Below, piece after piece: positions 1-8,139 of a DNA stretch of 52,774 nucleotides (its first letter is position 1; the number at the start of each line of letters is the position of its first letter). The stretch is from Spirochaetota bacterium (GTDB taxonomy: Bacteria; Spirochaetota; UBA4802; UBA5550). The DNA lies in assembly GCA_041655115.1 (NCBI GenBank), contig JBBAGC010000001.1:1-52774 (forward strand), in the 5' to 3' direction. Made by a program: the position numbers and the translations under genes. The notes under the pieces were generated by a model, which saw only the letters and a list, made by a program, of their open reading frames with translations, searched no databases and was not told the origin of the DNA.

Positions 1-474
1 GAACTCGCGGCTGGCAAACTCTCGGCGCTCCTCTCGCGGCGGCTGGCGAGAGATTTGTTCGATTGCAGCAACCTCTTCCGTCTGGGCGGTCTCGATCGGG
101 ACCGGTTGCGCCTGGCCTTTGTGGTCTACGGCGCCATGAGCCGCAAGGACTGGCGAACCGTTGCACTGGCGGATGTGGATGTCGATACCGCCGATCTGGA
201 ACAAAAGCTCATCCCTATGCTTCGGACCGCAGGGAGCGATGAGATCCGGAAGGATCGCTTCGGCAAGGGCTTGGTCGAGGACTGCCGCAATCTTCTTGCC
301 GGCCTGCTGCCCTTCACCGCGCCGGAGCAGGAATTCCTCAATCGGATCCTGGACAGGGGCGAGATAGCGCCCGAGCTGCTGACCGGCGATGAGGCCCTGC
401 AGGACCGCATCCGGCGCCATCCGCTCCTGGAATGGAAAGCCTTGAATGTGAGAGGCCACAAGAAGGGTCGCTGA
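1..474 (+). CDS. AbiEii/AbiGii-family nucleotidyltransferase toxin (DUF1814-like), C-terminal part; the 5' end lies outside the window
   Basis: Frame 1 is open from base 1 (ELAAGKLSALLSRRLARDLFD...) to the TGA at 472-474. The tail RGEIAPELLTGDEALQDRIRRHPLLEWKALNVR resembles the conserved C terminus of AbiEii toxins. The family call rests on recalled motif similarity only. Confidence 0.6.
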   Translation, partial: ELAAGKLSALLSRRLARDLFDCSNLFRLGGLDRDRLRLAFVVYGAMSRKDWRTVALADVDVDTADLEQKLIPMLRTAGSDEIRKDRFGKGLVEDCRNLLAGLLPFTAPEQEFLNRILDRGEIAPELLTGDEALQDRIRRHPLLEWKALNVRGHKKGR

Positions 475-628
475 AAATCCATTCCTTTCCAAGGAGGCAT
501 TAAAAAGGTTCTCAGGAGTGATGCCCAGCCTTCACTACCCGATTTTTTGGTCATTACTTGGTCATTACTTTACAAAAAATATCCCCCCTTTTCCTTGCAT
601 TTCCTTTGTGTGCCTTAGGCAAGAAAAA

Positions 629-690
629 CGGGATAACTACTCGAAATTTAACTTTCTTTCGTTATCCCGTCTTATCCCTCGTTGTCCCTG
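629..690. repeat. Phased short repeats beside the tRNA fragment: an inverted pair CGGGATAAC (629-637) / GTTATCCCG (661-669), plus three direct (G/C)TT(A/G)TCCC copies starting at 661, 671 and 681
   Basis: Read directly from the sequence. The three direct copies are spaced exactly 10 bp apart, immediately 5' of the tRNA-Leu 3' fragment. This layout is typical of arm-type recombinase/excisionase binding sites. Confidence 0.55.
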
Positions 691-699
691 ATCGTGCGT

Positions 700-754
700 T
701 CAGGATCTAGTGGGTGTACGCCTGTCCGGGTTCAAATCCCGGCTTCGGCACCAT
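700..754 (+). pseudogene. 3' fragment of a tRNA-Leu(CAG)-like gene (anticodon loop to CCA), a probable att-site remnant and not an intact tRNA
   Basis: The sequence TTCAGGATCTAGTGGGTGTACGCCTGTCCGGGTTCAAATCCCGGCTTCGGCACCA has a long variable arm, a T-arm CCGGG-TTCAAAT-CCCGG, an acceptor 3' strand CTTCGGC, and ACCA. No complementary 5' acceptor strand (GCCGAAG) or D-arm occurs upstream. Confidence 0.7.
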
Positions 755-935
755 AAGAAAAACAGGAGGTCGGCTCGGAAGCGGGGTTGGCCCCCTTTTC
801 TTTTTCAGAGGCTTGGCCAACACTTTCCAGAAAGCCTTCCATTTGATTAACAGCTTTCCGGGCATCCGCGTCATCAACCGTATCGTACCTGAGGAACATC
901 TCCCTTGTTGAATGACTGGGGATTTTCATGATAAC
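732..935 (-). pseudogene. C-terminal remnant of a tyrosine recombinase (phage-type integrase), truncated by MITE copy R1
   Basis: The minus-strand translation ...IMKIPSHSTREMFLRYDTVDDADARKAVNQMEGFL matches the GHS...RY catalytic-tyrosine tail of integrases. The upstream part of the ORF (MTQSIGFKGLV) is encoded by the repeat element itself. The fragment lies next to the tRNA fragment. Confidence 0.6.
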
Positions 936-1165
936 GAGACCTTTAAAACCTATCGATTGTGTCATTTCGACCTCTCCCCTGTCACTTCGGCTTCTCTCCC
1001 ATCACTTCGGCCTCTCCCCTGTCACTTTGACCTTCTCCTCCGTCACTTCGAACGCTCCCCTGTCACTTCGAACGCATGTGAGAAGTCTGAAAGATCCCTC
1101 GCTTTGCTCGGGACATGGATTTCTCATCGCTTGCGCTCCTCGAAATGACATTTTTTAAAGGTCTC
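936..1165 (+). mobile_element. MITE-like repeat copy R1
   Basis: Left terminus GAGACCTTTAAAACCTATCGATTGTGTCATTTCGA, right terminus TCGAAATGACATTTTTTAAAGGTCTC. Five 20-bp tandem units lie at 971-1070. The conserved core is AACGCATGTGAGAAGTCTGAAAGATCCCTCGCTTTGCTCGGGACATGGATTTCTC. No flanking duplication is seen, and the left end abuts the truncated integrase. Confidence 0.8.
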
Positions 1166-1182
1166 CTCACGTCAAAAAGAAG

Positions 1183-1211
1183 TTGACATCTATGCCCGGC
1201 ACGAATAAAGT
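1183..1211 (+). promoter_or_regulatory. Sigma70-like promoter for the antitoxin-toxin pair
   Basis: TTGACA (1183-1188), a 17-nt spacer, then TAAAGT (1206-1211). This sits 30 bp upstream of the antitoxin ATG. GGAGG at 1230-1234 provides the RBS. Confidence 0.5.
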
Positions 1212-1228
1212 ATGATGAAATATCATAC
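1210..1228. promoter_or_regulatory. Perfect palindrome GTATGAT-GAAAT-ATCATAC, a candidate operator for the RHH antitoxin
   Basis: Perfect 7-bp arms overlap the -10 element and the transcription start region. This is the usual position of autoregulatory operators in type II TA modules. Confidence 0.5.
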
Positions 1229-1240
1229 CGGAGGTTTGAA

Positions 1241-1483
1241 ATGGCCACGGCCAAGATCGCTATCACCATGAATGCCGATACCGTCAGGAAAATCGACAGA
1301 CTGGTGGGGAAGAGGGTATTCCCAAGCCGCAGCAGGGCTATCCAGGAGGCCGTCGAGGAGAAGCTCGCACGGATGGACAAGAACCGCCTGGCGCGGGAAT
1401 GTGCAAAGCTTGACCCCAAGCTCGAGCAGACCATGGCTGAAGAAGGCATTCACATGGAGCCGTCGGAATGGGCCGAGTATTGA
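1241..1483 (+). CDS. Ribbon-helix-helix (CopG/MetJ-like) antitoxin
   Basis: An 80-aa ORF. Its N terminus (AKIAITMNADTVRKIDRLVGKRVFPSRSRAIQEAVEEKL) is a typical RHH motif. The ORF overlaps the downstream MazF gene by 16 nt and has a good RBS. Confidence 0.8.
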   Translation: MATAKIAITMNADTVRKIDRLVGKRVFPSRSRAIQEAVEEKLARMDKNRLARECAKLDPKLEQTMAEEGIHMEPSEWAEY

Positions 1484-1806
1484 GAGGCGAGATCCGGTGG
1501 GCCGATCTGAATCCCGTGCGCGGGAAAGAACAGGCGGGACACCGGCCGGTGCTGATTCTCAGCCAGGATGTGTTCAATGAACATTCCGGGACCGTGATCG
1601 CCCTGGCCATCACGAGCCGGGAACAATCGGCATCTTTCCCGCTGACGTACCAACTCGATCCCGCTCTTCTTCCGAAACCATCCTGGGTAAAGATCAGCCA
1701 GATCAGGACACTGTCGGTGGAAAGGATCGGTAAAAAGATCGGACGCCTCCCGCCGGACGTCCTGGAACAGATCGTGGAAGGGCTGAATGAAATCATTGGA
1801 GCGTAA
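1468..1806 (+). CDS. mazF: MazF/PemK-family type II toxin endoribonuclease
   Basis: A 112-aa ORF. The segments RGEIRWADLNPVRGKEQAGHRPVLILS and SWVKISQIRTLSVERI match the conserved MazF/PemK core. Confidence 0.85.
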   Translation: MGRVLRGEIRWADLNPVRGKEQAGHRPVLILSQDVFNEHSGTVIALAITSREQSASFPLTYQLDPALLPKPSWVKISQIRTLSVERIGKKIGRLPPDVLEQIVEGLNEIIGA

Positions 1807-1848
1807 AGCCCCCAGGACCACGCCCGGATCATTAGCAGTTTTGCATAC

Positions 1849-2106
1849 GAGACCTTTCAAAACTATCGATTGTGTCACTTCGACCTCTCCTCCGTCACTT
1901 CGAACGCTCCCCTGTCACTTCGGCTTCTCTCCCATCATTTCTGGACTCTCCCCCGTCACTTCGAACGCTCTCCTGTCACTTCGAACGCATGTGAGAAGTC
2001 TCAAAGATCCCTCGCTTTGTTCGGGACATGGATTTCTCGTCGCTACGCTCCTCGAAATGACGAAATCGCTCTGCTCCTCGAAATGACACAATTTAATAAA
2101 GGTCTC
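1849..2106 (+). mobile_element. MITE-like repeat copy R2
   Basis: Same architecture and orientation as R1. The left terminus is GAGACCTTTCAAAACTATCGATTGTGTCACTTCGA. Five 20-bp units lie at 1881-1980, followed by the conserved core. The right terminus is TCGAAATGACACAATTTAATAAAGGTCTC. The right end abuts the truncated abiEii copy, and no flanking duplication is seen. Confidence 0.8.
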
Positions 2107-2390
2107 AATTTCTCGACCGGATCCTGGACAGGGGCGAGATAGCGCCCGAGCTGCTGACCGGCGATGAAGCCCTGCTGCAGAACCGCATCCGGCGTCATCC
2201 GCTCCCGGAGTGGAAAGCCTTGAATGTAAGAGGCCACAAGAAGGGTCGTGAAAATCCATTCCTTTCCATGGAGGCATTGCAAAGATTCTCGGGATCAACG
2301 CTTCGCTTTACCGCTCTACTTCCTTTCCTGGTCAACACTTTACAAAAAATACCTCCTCCTTTTCTTTGCATGTCCCCCCCTTCTTGTGTG
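2107..2390 (+). pseudogene. Second copy of the abiEii 3' end plus downstream sequence, truncated at its 5' side by R2
   Basis: Positions 2107-2390 align by hand with 332-612 (FLDRILDRGEIAPELLTGDEALLQNRIRRHPLPEWKALNVRGHKKGR), with scattered substitutions. A 1-nt deletion removes the stop codon. Confidence 0.75.
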
Positions 2391-2433
2391 AATATCCCAC
2401 AAATAAACAATATCACCTGAAATCATTTTTTTA

Positions 2434-3546
2434 TCACTTTTTGTATCGGATAGCCCTGTTCGCCGGGGCGCTTTCCTGCAGAAGCTCAACTCTCTTTCGG
2501 ACGTTGTATGTCACAACTGTGAACAGGAAAAAACTGATGACCACAACAAGAAGTGCCATGTGGATTCCAACAGTGCAGGTAGCAAGAACACCGGCACCAA
2601 TAACCAACTGAGCAGCACCATAACCGACCGCGACCTTCCAGTGCGCTATCCTGAACTCATTGGCCAGCAGCTGATACAGGTGGCGCCGGTGGGGCTCAAA
2701 AAGGTTTTCTTCCGCCCGAAAGCGGACATAGAGTGTCGTCAACGCATCGGCATAGAAGGGTAAAAGAAGACCCGAAAAACAGACTATGTCACTGAAATTC
2801 CTCGCAAGAGCAACCACCAGCACGGCAAAGACAAATCCCAGGAGAATGCTGCCCACATCTCCCGCAAACACCTTGGCGTGAGGTATGTTGAAGGGCAGGA
2901 ATCCAAGGCACGCCAAGGCGATACAGATGGCGAGCAGAGACAAAGCCGTATGATAGGCATCCTGTGATAGCTGGTAGAGTGTGTACACACCGAGAAGGCC
3001 GAAGGCTATAACCCCCGCCACGCCGGCGATGCCATTGATACCGTCCATGAAGTTGAAGAAGTTCGCTGTACCGACCACATACAGAAGTATTAGAAAAAGG
3101 ACAATGATAAACACAACAGAAGACATGGAAAACATATGGAAATCAAAATAATGATATAGTTGGGGGACAAGGGGCACAAGAACGATCAGAGCAGAAAAAA
3201 ATTGAATGCCAAGACGGAATCTCACCGATAGAGGGAAGAAATCGCCATATAAACTGATGCAGGAAACAAGAATGACAGCGAAAAGAAAGTGTGTTGGAAT
3301 GCCAAGCGTGATACCCGCCACGGCAAAGGCCCCTAGTATCCCCACACCGCCGCCCCGTGGTGTCGGAACCTCGTGAGAACTACGATCATTGGGATGGTCA
3401 AGAAGATGTTTTCTGAAGGGTATTCCGGCAATGAGCCAAGCGCCGCAGAAGCCAATGGCCAGGGACATTAAAAAAAGAAGCGGTGTCCGGTACTGTTCGG
3501 TCTGACCAAACAATTCGCCGAGACGTAACATTACTTCATGGCTCAT
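2434..3546 (-). CDS. Polyprenyl-phosphate HexNAc-1-phosphate transferase (MraY/WecA/WbpL family), copy 1
   Basis: A 370-aa polytopic membrane protein with HPNDRSSHEVPTPRGGGVGI, NFFNFMDGINGIAG and FAGDVGS motifs, which are typical of WecA/WbpL-type initiating enzymes. Confidence 0.85.
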   Translation of the reverse strand: MSHEVMLRLGELFGQTEQYRTPLLFLMSLAIGFCGAWLIAGIPFRKHLLDHPNDRSSHEVPTPRGGGVGILGAFAVAGITLGIPTHFLFAVILVSCISLYGDFFPLSVRFRLGIQFFSALIVLVPLVPQLYHYFDFHMFSMSSVVFIIVLFLILLYVVGTANFFNFMDGINGIAGVAGVIAFGLLGVYTLYQLSQDAYHTALSLLAICIALACLGFLPFNIPHAKVFAGDVGSILLGFVFAVLVVALARNFSDIVCFSGLLLPFYADALTTLYVRFRAEENLFEPHRRHLYQLLANEFRIAHWKVAVGYGAAQLVIGAGVLATCTVGIHMALLVVVISFFLFTVVTYNVRKRVELLQESAPANRAIRYKK

Positions 3547-3607
3547 GGGGTATCTTTCGTATGGTCAAAAGATAGATAAAAGATGCCATCGAATATACTA
3601 TGCGCCG

Positions 3608-4636
3608 TCACAAGACACCTGCATAACCCATTGCCTCAACTGTCTCCTTCCAGCCTGCATTAAGATCATATTGAGGCTTAAAGCCCAATTCTCTCTGAAT
3701 ACGCCGGCTGTCCACAGCAATGTCTTCGGTATATTTATCTATGGTTTCCCTGGATACGGGGGGTTGCCATCCTAACAGTTTCACTCCATCTTCAATAAAG
3801 CCCGTTGCTAATCGGACTGCTGAAAGAGGCAACGAGACGCTCGGCGGCTTTCTCCCAAGCGCATGACATATGGCACCGATGATTTCGTTCACAGTGTGAA
3901 AAGACCCGTCTGTAACATTGAAAATCTTTCCCGCCGCATCATCATGACCCGCGACAAGCACGGCAGCACGGGCCACATCCTTGTCATACACCAAGGAACG
4001 CCGGTTATTTCCGGTCCCGATAGGAACGAATCTCCCCCTTGCCAGGGAATGCACAAGCCGCTGGTAATTTCCTTTAATCCTTGAACCATAGACTGCTCCA
4101 AGGCGCAGGACAGACCCGATGTGTCCGCCCTCAGGATTCGTGGCACGAAGTACTATGTTCTCCGCTTCAAGCTTCGTTCGGGCATAGAATGTATCCGGGC
4201 GTACCGGATCATGTTCCGTTACAATTTTCCCGTCGGATCGGCCATAAACGGCAATGGTACTGAAGAAAACAATTCTTCTGACGCCCGCCCTAAGAGCCGC
4301 GCCCACCACCACAGATGTCCCACCAACGTTCACCTGCTCATAGAGTCTCTCAAGTCCCGGCGGCAGGTTTACGATATGCAGCAGAGCAGCCATATGAATG
4401 ACCGCATCTGCACCTTCCATCGCATCGGCGACTGAGGAAGCATCGGTGATATCCCCGATGCGGGCATCGACGTCAAGAGGCCATATATCCGATTCGGGTT
4501 GATGCAGAGACAGAGTTCGAACGGAGAACCCTGCATTAAAAAATTCATTTACGACAAGGGGACCAATGGCACCGGTAGCGCCTGTTATGAGAACCAGATG
4601 AGGTTCCTCCCATTTTTCGATACGCGGTTTAGACAT
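3608..4636 (-). CDS. NAD-dependent sugar epimerase/dehydratase (extended SDR)
   Basis: Rossmann motif ITGATGAIG near the N terminus and a YxxxK motif (YARTK). Confidence 0.75.
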   Translation of the reverse strand: MSKPRIEKWEEPHLVLITGATGAIGPLVVNEFFNAGFSVRTLSLHQPESDIWPLDVDARIGDITDASSVADAMEGADAVIHMAALLHIVNLPPGLERLYEQVNVGGTSVVVGAALRAGVRRIVFFSTIAVYGRSDGKIVTEHDPVRPDTFYARTKLEAENIVLRATNPEGGHIGSVLRLGAVYGSRIKGNYQRLVHSLARGRFVPIGTGNNRRSLVYDKDVARAAVLVAGHDDAAGKIFNVTDGSFHTVNEIIGAICHALGRKPPSVSLPLSAVRLATGFIEDGVKLLGWQPPVSRETIDKYTEDIAVDSRRIQRELGFKPQYDLNAGWKETVEAMGYAGVL

Positions 4637-5882
4637 CAGTACCGGTTAATTCAAGTATCAATTCGTGGTAGCGCTCGCTGACCGATGGTCGAGAGTATTC
4701 CTGGATCATAGCATTCCTTGCCGACATGCCCTTTTGTAACCAGGCCTCCCTGTTGTTAAAGGCGTCTCGAATCGCATTGGCCAGAGCCGCGGCATCACCG
4801 GGCCGAATCACAAACCCTCCTCCCGTATCCGTAACAAGGCGTGCAAGATCAGACCCTTCATCGGTGGAGGCTATGACGGGACGTGCACAGGCCATGATCC
4901 TGTAGACTTTCGATGGGATCCCGTCATTACTGGTTCCCCGGGCCTGTGACACAAATGATGCGTCTGTCGAGGCATAGGCTTTCGACATAACCGAATAGGG
5001 CTGATAGGTTAGAAATGTCATGTTGCGAAGCCCAAGCCGGTTTGCATGCGCGATCAACATGTCTCGTTCACTACCGTCACCCATCATCAGAAAATGAATA
5101 TCTTTTTCATATTTCAGGAGGTGTGCCGCTTCGATCAGTGTATCCAACCCTTGCGGTTTTCCCATGTTCCCGGCATAGCTCACTACAAATGGAGCGTCCA
5201 GTCCATACCGTCTGCTAAAATCATTATCCTTGGAAAGGGGGTAAAAGTCCTCCGTATCCACAAAGTTTGGAATCAGTCGGATTTTATGCTCCGGAACTCC
5301 CTTGGATCGAATACGTTCGGCCATTCCCTGGGAAATGACTGTTAAGGCATCCGCTTTTGTGTAAACAAACCTTTCCAGTTTTTTGAGAAGACCTATAAGC
5401 TTGGAGTTTTTTAAGACACCGAGGTTGACCGCAACATCGGGATAGATTTCCTGAACGTTGTATATGAAGGGGCAACGGTGCAACCTCCCCAGCATCCAGG
5501 CGACCGTACCGATGCTCAACGGCGGTGATGGTGCGATTATGATATCCTGCTTCGCTGAGGTAAATAATCCTGCGAGGATGCTTACGGCGTGGAATCCCGC
5601 CCAAGCGCTTATTCGAAGCATCAGGTTTCGTCCCTTACGAGGCATCCAGACGTGGACGACTTTGATCCCCCGATACGAGCTATGCTGGAGCAATTTCCCC
5701 CACAGGGGTTTCAGTGGCTGTACAGCAAGAGCTTCGGCATCTTCATTGTAGTGAGGAACCGTCGTGATAACAGACACTTCATGACCCATGGACTGGAGAT
5801 CAAGAGCCAAATCACCCATAATCTGGGCAGTTGAGACATTATCGGGACGGAAGACAAGTGAAAGGATCAACACTCGGGCCAT
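4629..5882 (-). CDS. wbuB: GT4-family glycosyltransferase, WbuB-like (candidate L-FucNAc transferase)
   Basis: Begins MARVLILSLVFRPDNVSTAQIMGDLALDL... and lies directly downstream of fnlC, as in known L-FucNAc loci. The start was moved to the ATG at 5882. The longer ORF (to 6062) would overlap fnlC by about 170 nt. Confidence 0.7.
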   Translation of the reverse strand: MARVLILSLVFRPDNVSTAQIMGDLALDLQSMGHEVSVITTVPHYNEDAEALAVQPLKPLWGKLLQHSSYRGIKVVHVWMPRKGRNLMLRISAWAGFHAVSILAGLFTSAKQDIIIAPSPPLSIGTVAWMLGRLHRCPFIYNVQEIYPDVAVNLGVLKNSKLIGLLKKLERFVYTKADALTVISQGMAERIRSKGVPEHKIRLIPNFVDTEDFYPLSKDNDFSRRYGLDAPFVVSYAGNMGKPQGLDTLIEAAHLLKYEKDIHFLMMGDGSERDMLIAHANRLGLRNMTFLTYQPYSVMSKAYASTDASFVSQARGTSNDGIPSKVYRIMACARPVIASTDEGSDLARLVTDTGGGFVIRPGDAAALANAIRDAFNNREAWLQKGMSARNAMIQEYSRPSVSERYHELILELTGTDV

Positions 5883-5890
5883 GAAACGAC

Positions 5891-7021
5891 TCAATCCTTC
5901 CGCCATACCACCCGGTTCACATACCCGGTGTAGCTCAGGATAATCCGAGCTACCTTTTCTGAAACACAGGGAACATCGTAGTCCTTGACAATCTGTAGTG
6001 TTCTCTCGCCGCCCTTTTTCTGGGAGGACAGGATGTGGAGTCCCCGAAGCACCGTTTCCCACTCCAGTCCCGTCATCATTACGGAGCCTTCTTCCATGCC
6101 TTCCGGACGTTCGTGGGCGTTTCGAATATTCAGGGCGGGGAAATTCAGGATCGATGATTCCTCTGTAATGGTTCCGCTGTCGGAAAGAACAGCTATGGCA
6201 TTCATCTGGACATGCACGTAATCAGTAAAACCAAGCGGTTTCAGCAATTCCACCGACGCTGGCAGCTTCACTCCCTTCCGGTCAAACATTTTTTGTGTCC
6301 GCGGATGAGTGGACACGATGACCCTTCTGCTGAATTGATCGGCAAGATTGTTCAGGACCGTCACCAACTTCTCGAATTGCTCGGGAAAATCGATGTTCTC
6401 TTCCCGGTGCGAACTCACCACAAAATAATCCCTCTTATTCAACCCGAGGTGCCTCAACACGTCGGAAGCTTCAATCTTCGGCATATAGTAATGCAGAACT
6501 TCGTACATCGGGCTGCCCGTTGTAATAATCCTGTCTGGGGGCAGGCCTTCCCTCAGAAGATACTCACGTGAGATCGCGCTGTAGGGCATATTCACGTCGC
6601 TGATGTGATCGACGATCTTTCGGTTGATTTCCTCCGGAACGCGCTGATCGAAACAGCGGTTGCCCGCTTCCATATGAAAGACGGGTATTTTGAGCCGCTT
6701 TGCCGCAATGGCAGCAAGGCAGCTGTTGGTATCACCCAAAATCAGGACGGCGTCAGGTTTTGTTTTGGCCAAGATCGTGTCGGATCGGCTGATTACATTG
6801 CCGATGGTGGCCGCAGCGCGCTCTCCCGCCGCGTCAAGAAAGAAATCCGGTTTGCGCAGGTCGAGATCATCGAAGAATATTTGATTCAGCTCGTAATCAT
6901 AATTCTGACCGGTATGAACAATCACTTGGTCCATATCCCGATCAAGAACCGCCATAACCCGCGACAGCCTGATAATCTCCGGTCGCGTCCCGATAATGGT
7001 GGCAACTTTGAGTTTTTTCAC
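5891..7021 (-). CDS. fnlC: UDP-2-acetamido-2,6-dideoxy-L-talose 2-epimerase (non-hydrolysing UDP-GlcNAc 2-epimerase family; FnlC/CapG/WbjD)
   Basis: [22 protein letters not shown]... plus HTGQNYD motifs. The gene sits in the conserved fnlA-fnlB-fnlC order. Confidence 0.85.
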   Translation of the reverse strand: MKKLKVATIIGTRPEIIRLSRVMAVLDRDMDQVIVHTGQNYDYELNQIFFDDLDLRKPDFFLDAAGERAAATIGNVISRSDTILAKTKPDAVLILGDTNSCLAAIAAKRLKIPVFHMEAGNRCFDQRVPEEINRKIVDHISDVNMPYSAISREYLLREGLPPDRIITTGSPMYEVLHYYMPKIEASDVLRHLGLNKRDYFVVSSHREENIDFPEQFEKLVTVLNNLADQFSRRVIVSTHPRTQKMFDRKGVKLPASVELLKPLGFTDYVHVQMNAIAVLSDSGTITEESSILNFPALNIRNAHERPEGMEEGSVMMTGLEWETVLRGLHILSSQKKGGERTLQIVKDYDVPCVSEKVARIILSYTGYVNRVVWRKD

Positions 7022-8139
7022 CCTTGCACCTCGCAGTGGTGTGTATCCGGATTTTCCGGATCAAAGATTTCGTTTGCCCAGAAGAGGACGATCATCTCTC
7101 CGCCGGAGAGATTCTCTATCGAATGGGTATACCCCGGAGGAATGTCAACGATCCTGATATGGTCACCGGAAACATTGTATGACAGGACTTCGTCGGAAAG
7201 AATGTGACGGAAACGTATGACGGCCTCACCCTGGATAACGCAGAATTTTTCCACCTTGGTGGTATGGTAGTGGTTGCCCCGAATGAATCCTCCTCGAGTC
7301 CGTGAAACAAATATCTGTCCAAATTGTTCTGATTTGAGCAACTCTGCGAGAGTACCCCGCTCGTCGGTCCTTGCCGCAACGCCATAGGCAAAATCGTCTT
7401 TTTCGAGGTATGAGAGATAGGTCGCATAGAGACGCCTCGTGAAGGCATCGCTCATGTCGGGGACTGTAAGTGTATGCCGAATGTCCCGAAACATGCCTAT
7501 CATGTCAGCCAGTTCTCCCAGCGTTACACGGTAGGTTGGAGTGATCGTAAGGTATGTCCCGACCGGAGTTACGGGACTAAAATCGAGAATGTTCAGAAAA
7601 CCGGTCACCACATCATCAATGTACACCAACTCCAGTTCCCGTGTTCTGTCTGAAATAGTTACAGGCATATCCCGGGCAATGTTGTGACAGAAGGTGGCCA
7701 CTACCGAATTGTAGTTTGGACGGCACCATTTGCCGAACACGTTGGTCAATCGGTACACGTACACCGGAGCACCCGTTCTGCCGGCAAAATTAAAGAGCGC
7801 CTCCTCGGCTTTCTTTTTACTAGCGCCGTAAGGATTGCCCAACACTGCCTGTGTTGACGAGGACATGATTATCACAGGCGTTCGTCGCAATTCTTCCAGA
7901 GCGTCCAGAATAAACTCGGTCAGGCCGACGTTGCCCCTGATGAACTCCTTTTCATCGGTGGGACGATTCACCCCGGCAATATGATACACGATATCCGATT
8001 CCGCCAGGTGTTTCCTGAGCAACGACGGTGCGTCTTCAACTTCGAATTCAAGGATTCGACAATCGGATCGCCGCCCCAGGGCTTCCAGCAGATTTCTACC
8101 GATGAACCCTCCTGAACCGGTGACAAGAACCGTTTTCAT
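7018..8139 (-). CDS. fnlB: UDP-L-FucNAc pathway reductase/epimerase with a C-terminal cupin domain (FnlB/CapF/WbjC)
   Basis: [17 protein letters not shown]..., [22 protein letters not shown], and a C-terminal [12 protein letters not shown] cupin segment closely resemble CapF. The ATG at 8139 forms an ATGA overlap with the fnlA stop codon. A GTG at 8151 is an alternative start. Confidence 0.85.
   Translation of the reverse strand: MKTVLVTGSGGFIGRNLLEALGRRSDCRILEFEVEDAPSLLRKHLAESDIVYHIAGVNRPTDEKEFIRGNVGLTEFILDALEELRRTPVIIMSSSTQAVLGNPYGASKKKAEEALFNFAGRTGAPVYVYRLTNVFGKWCRPNYNSVVATFCHNIARDMPVTISDRTRELELVYIDDVVTGFLNILDFSPVTPVGTYLTITPTYRVTLGELADMIGMFRDIRHTLTVPDMSDAFTRRLYATYLSYLEKDDFAYGVAARTDERGTLAELLKSEQFGQIFVSRTRGGFIRGNHYHTTKVEKFCVIQGEAVIRFRHILSDEVLSYNVSGDHIRIVDIPPGYTHSIENLSGGEMIVLFWANEIFDPENPDTHHCEVQG

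Noticed and set aside
548-569. A tandem 11-bp duplication, TTGGTCATTAC x2, downstream of abiEii; it is absent from the second copy near 2330
   Set aside because: It is real in the sequence, but no function can be inferred. It is probably a small slippage event in a 3' untranslated region.
700-754. An intact tRNA gene
   Set aside because: Only the anticodon loop through the CCA end is present. No 5' acceptor strand (GCCGAAG or a G-U variant), D-arm or 5' anticodon stem is found upstream.
971-1070. The tandem 20-bp units were considered as a possible CRISPR array
   Set aside because: The units are contiguous with no spacers, are far shorter than CRISPR repeats, lie inside a MITE, and have no cas genes nearby.
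912-1148. Small ORFs translated from the repeat elements (for example 912-1148, 1870-2142, 10536-10733, 26901-27101 and 50289-50483), giving peptides such as CHFDLSPVTSNACEKSERSLALLGTWISRR or VISRSEATRNL
   Set aside because: The same sequences recur in both orientations and in different frames. They are bounded by inverted termini and target duplications. They are repeat DNA, not a protein family.
4629-6062. The full 477-aa version of the WbuB-like ORF
   Set aside because: The first 60 codons overlap the 3' end of fnlC and have no glycosyltransferase-like sequence. The ATG at 5882 (MARVLILS...) gives a typical GT4 N terminus and an 8-bp intergenic gap.
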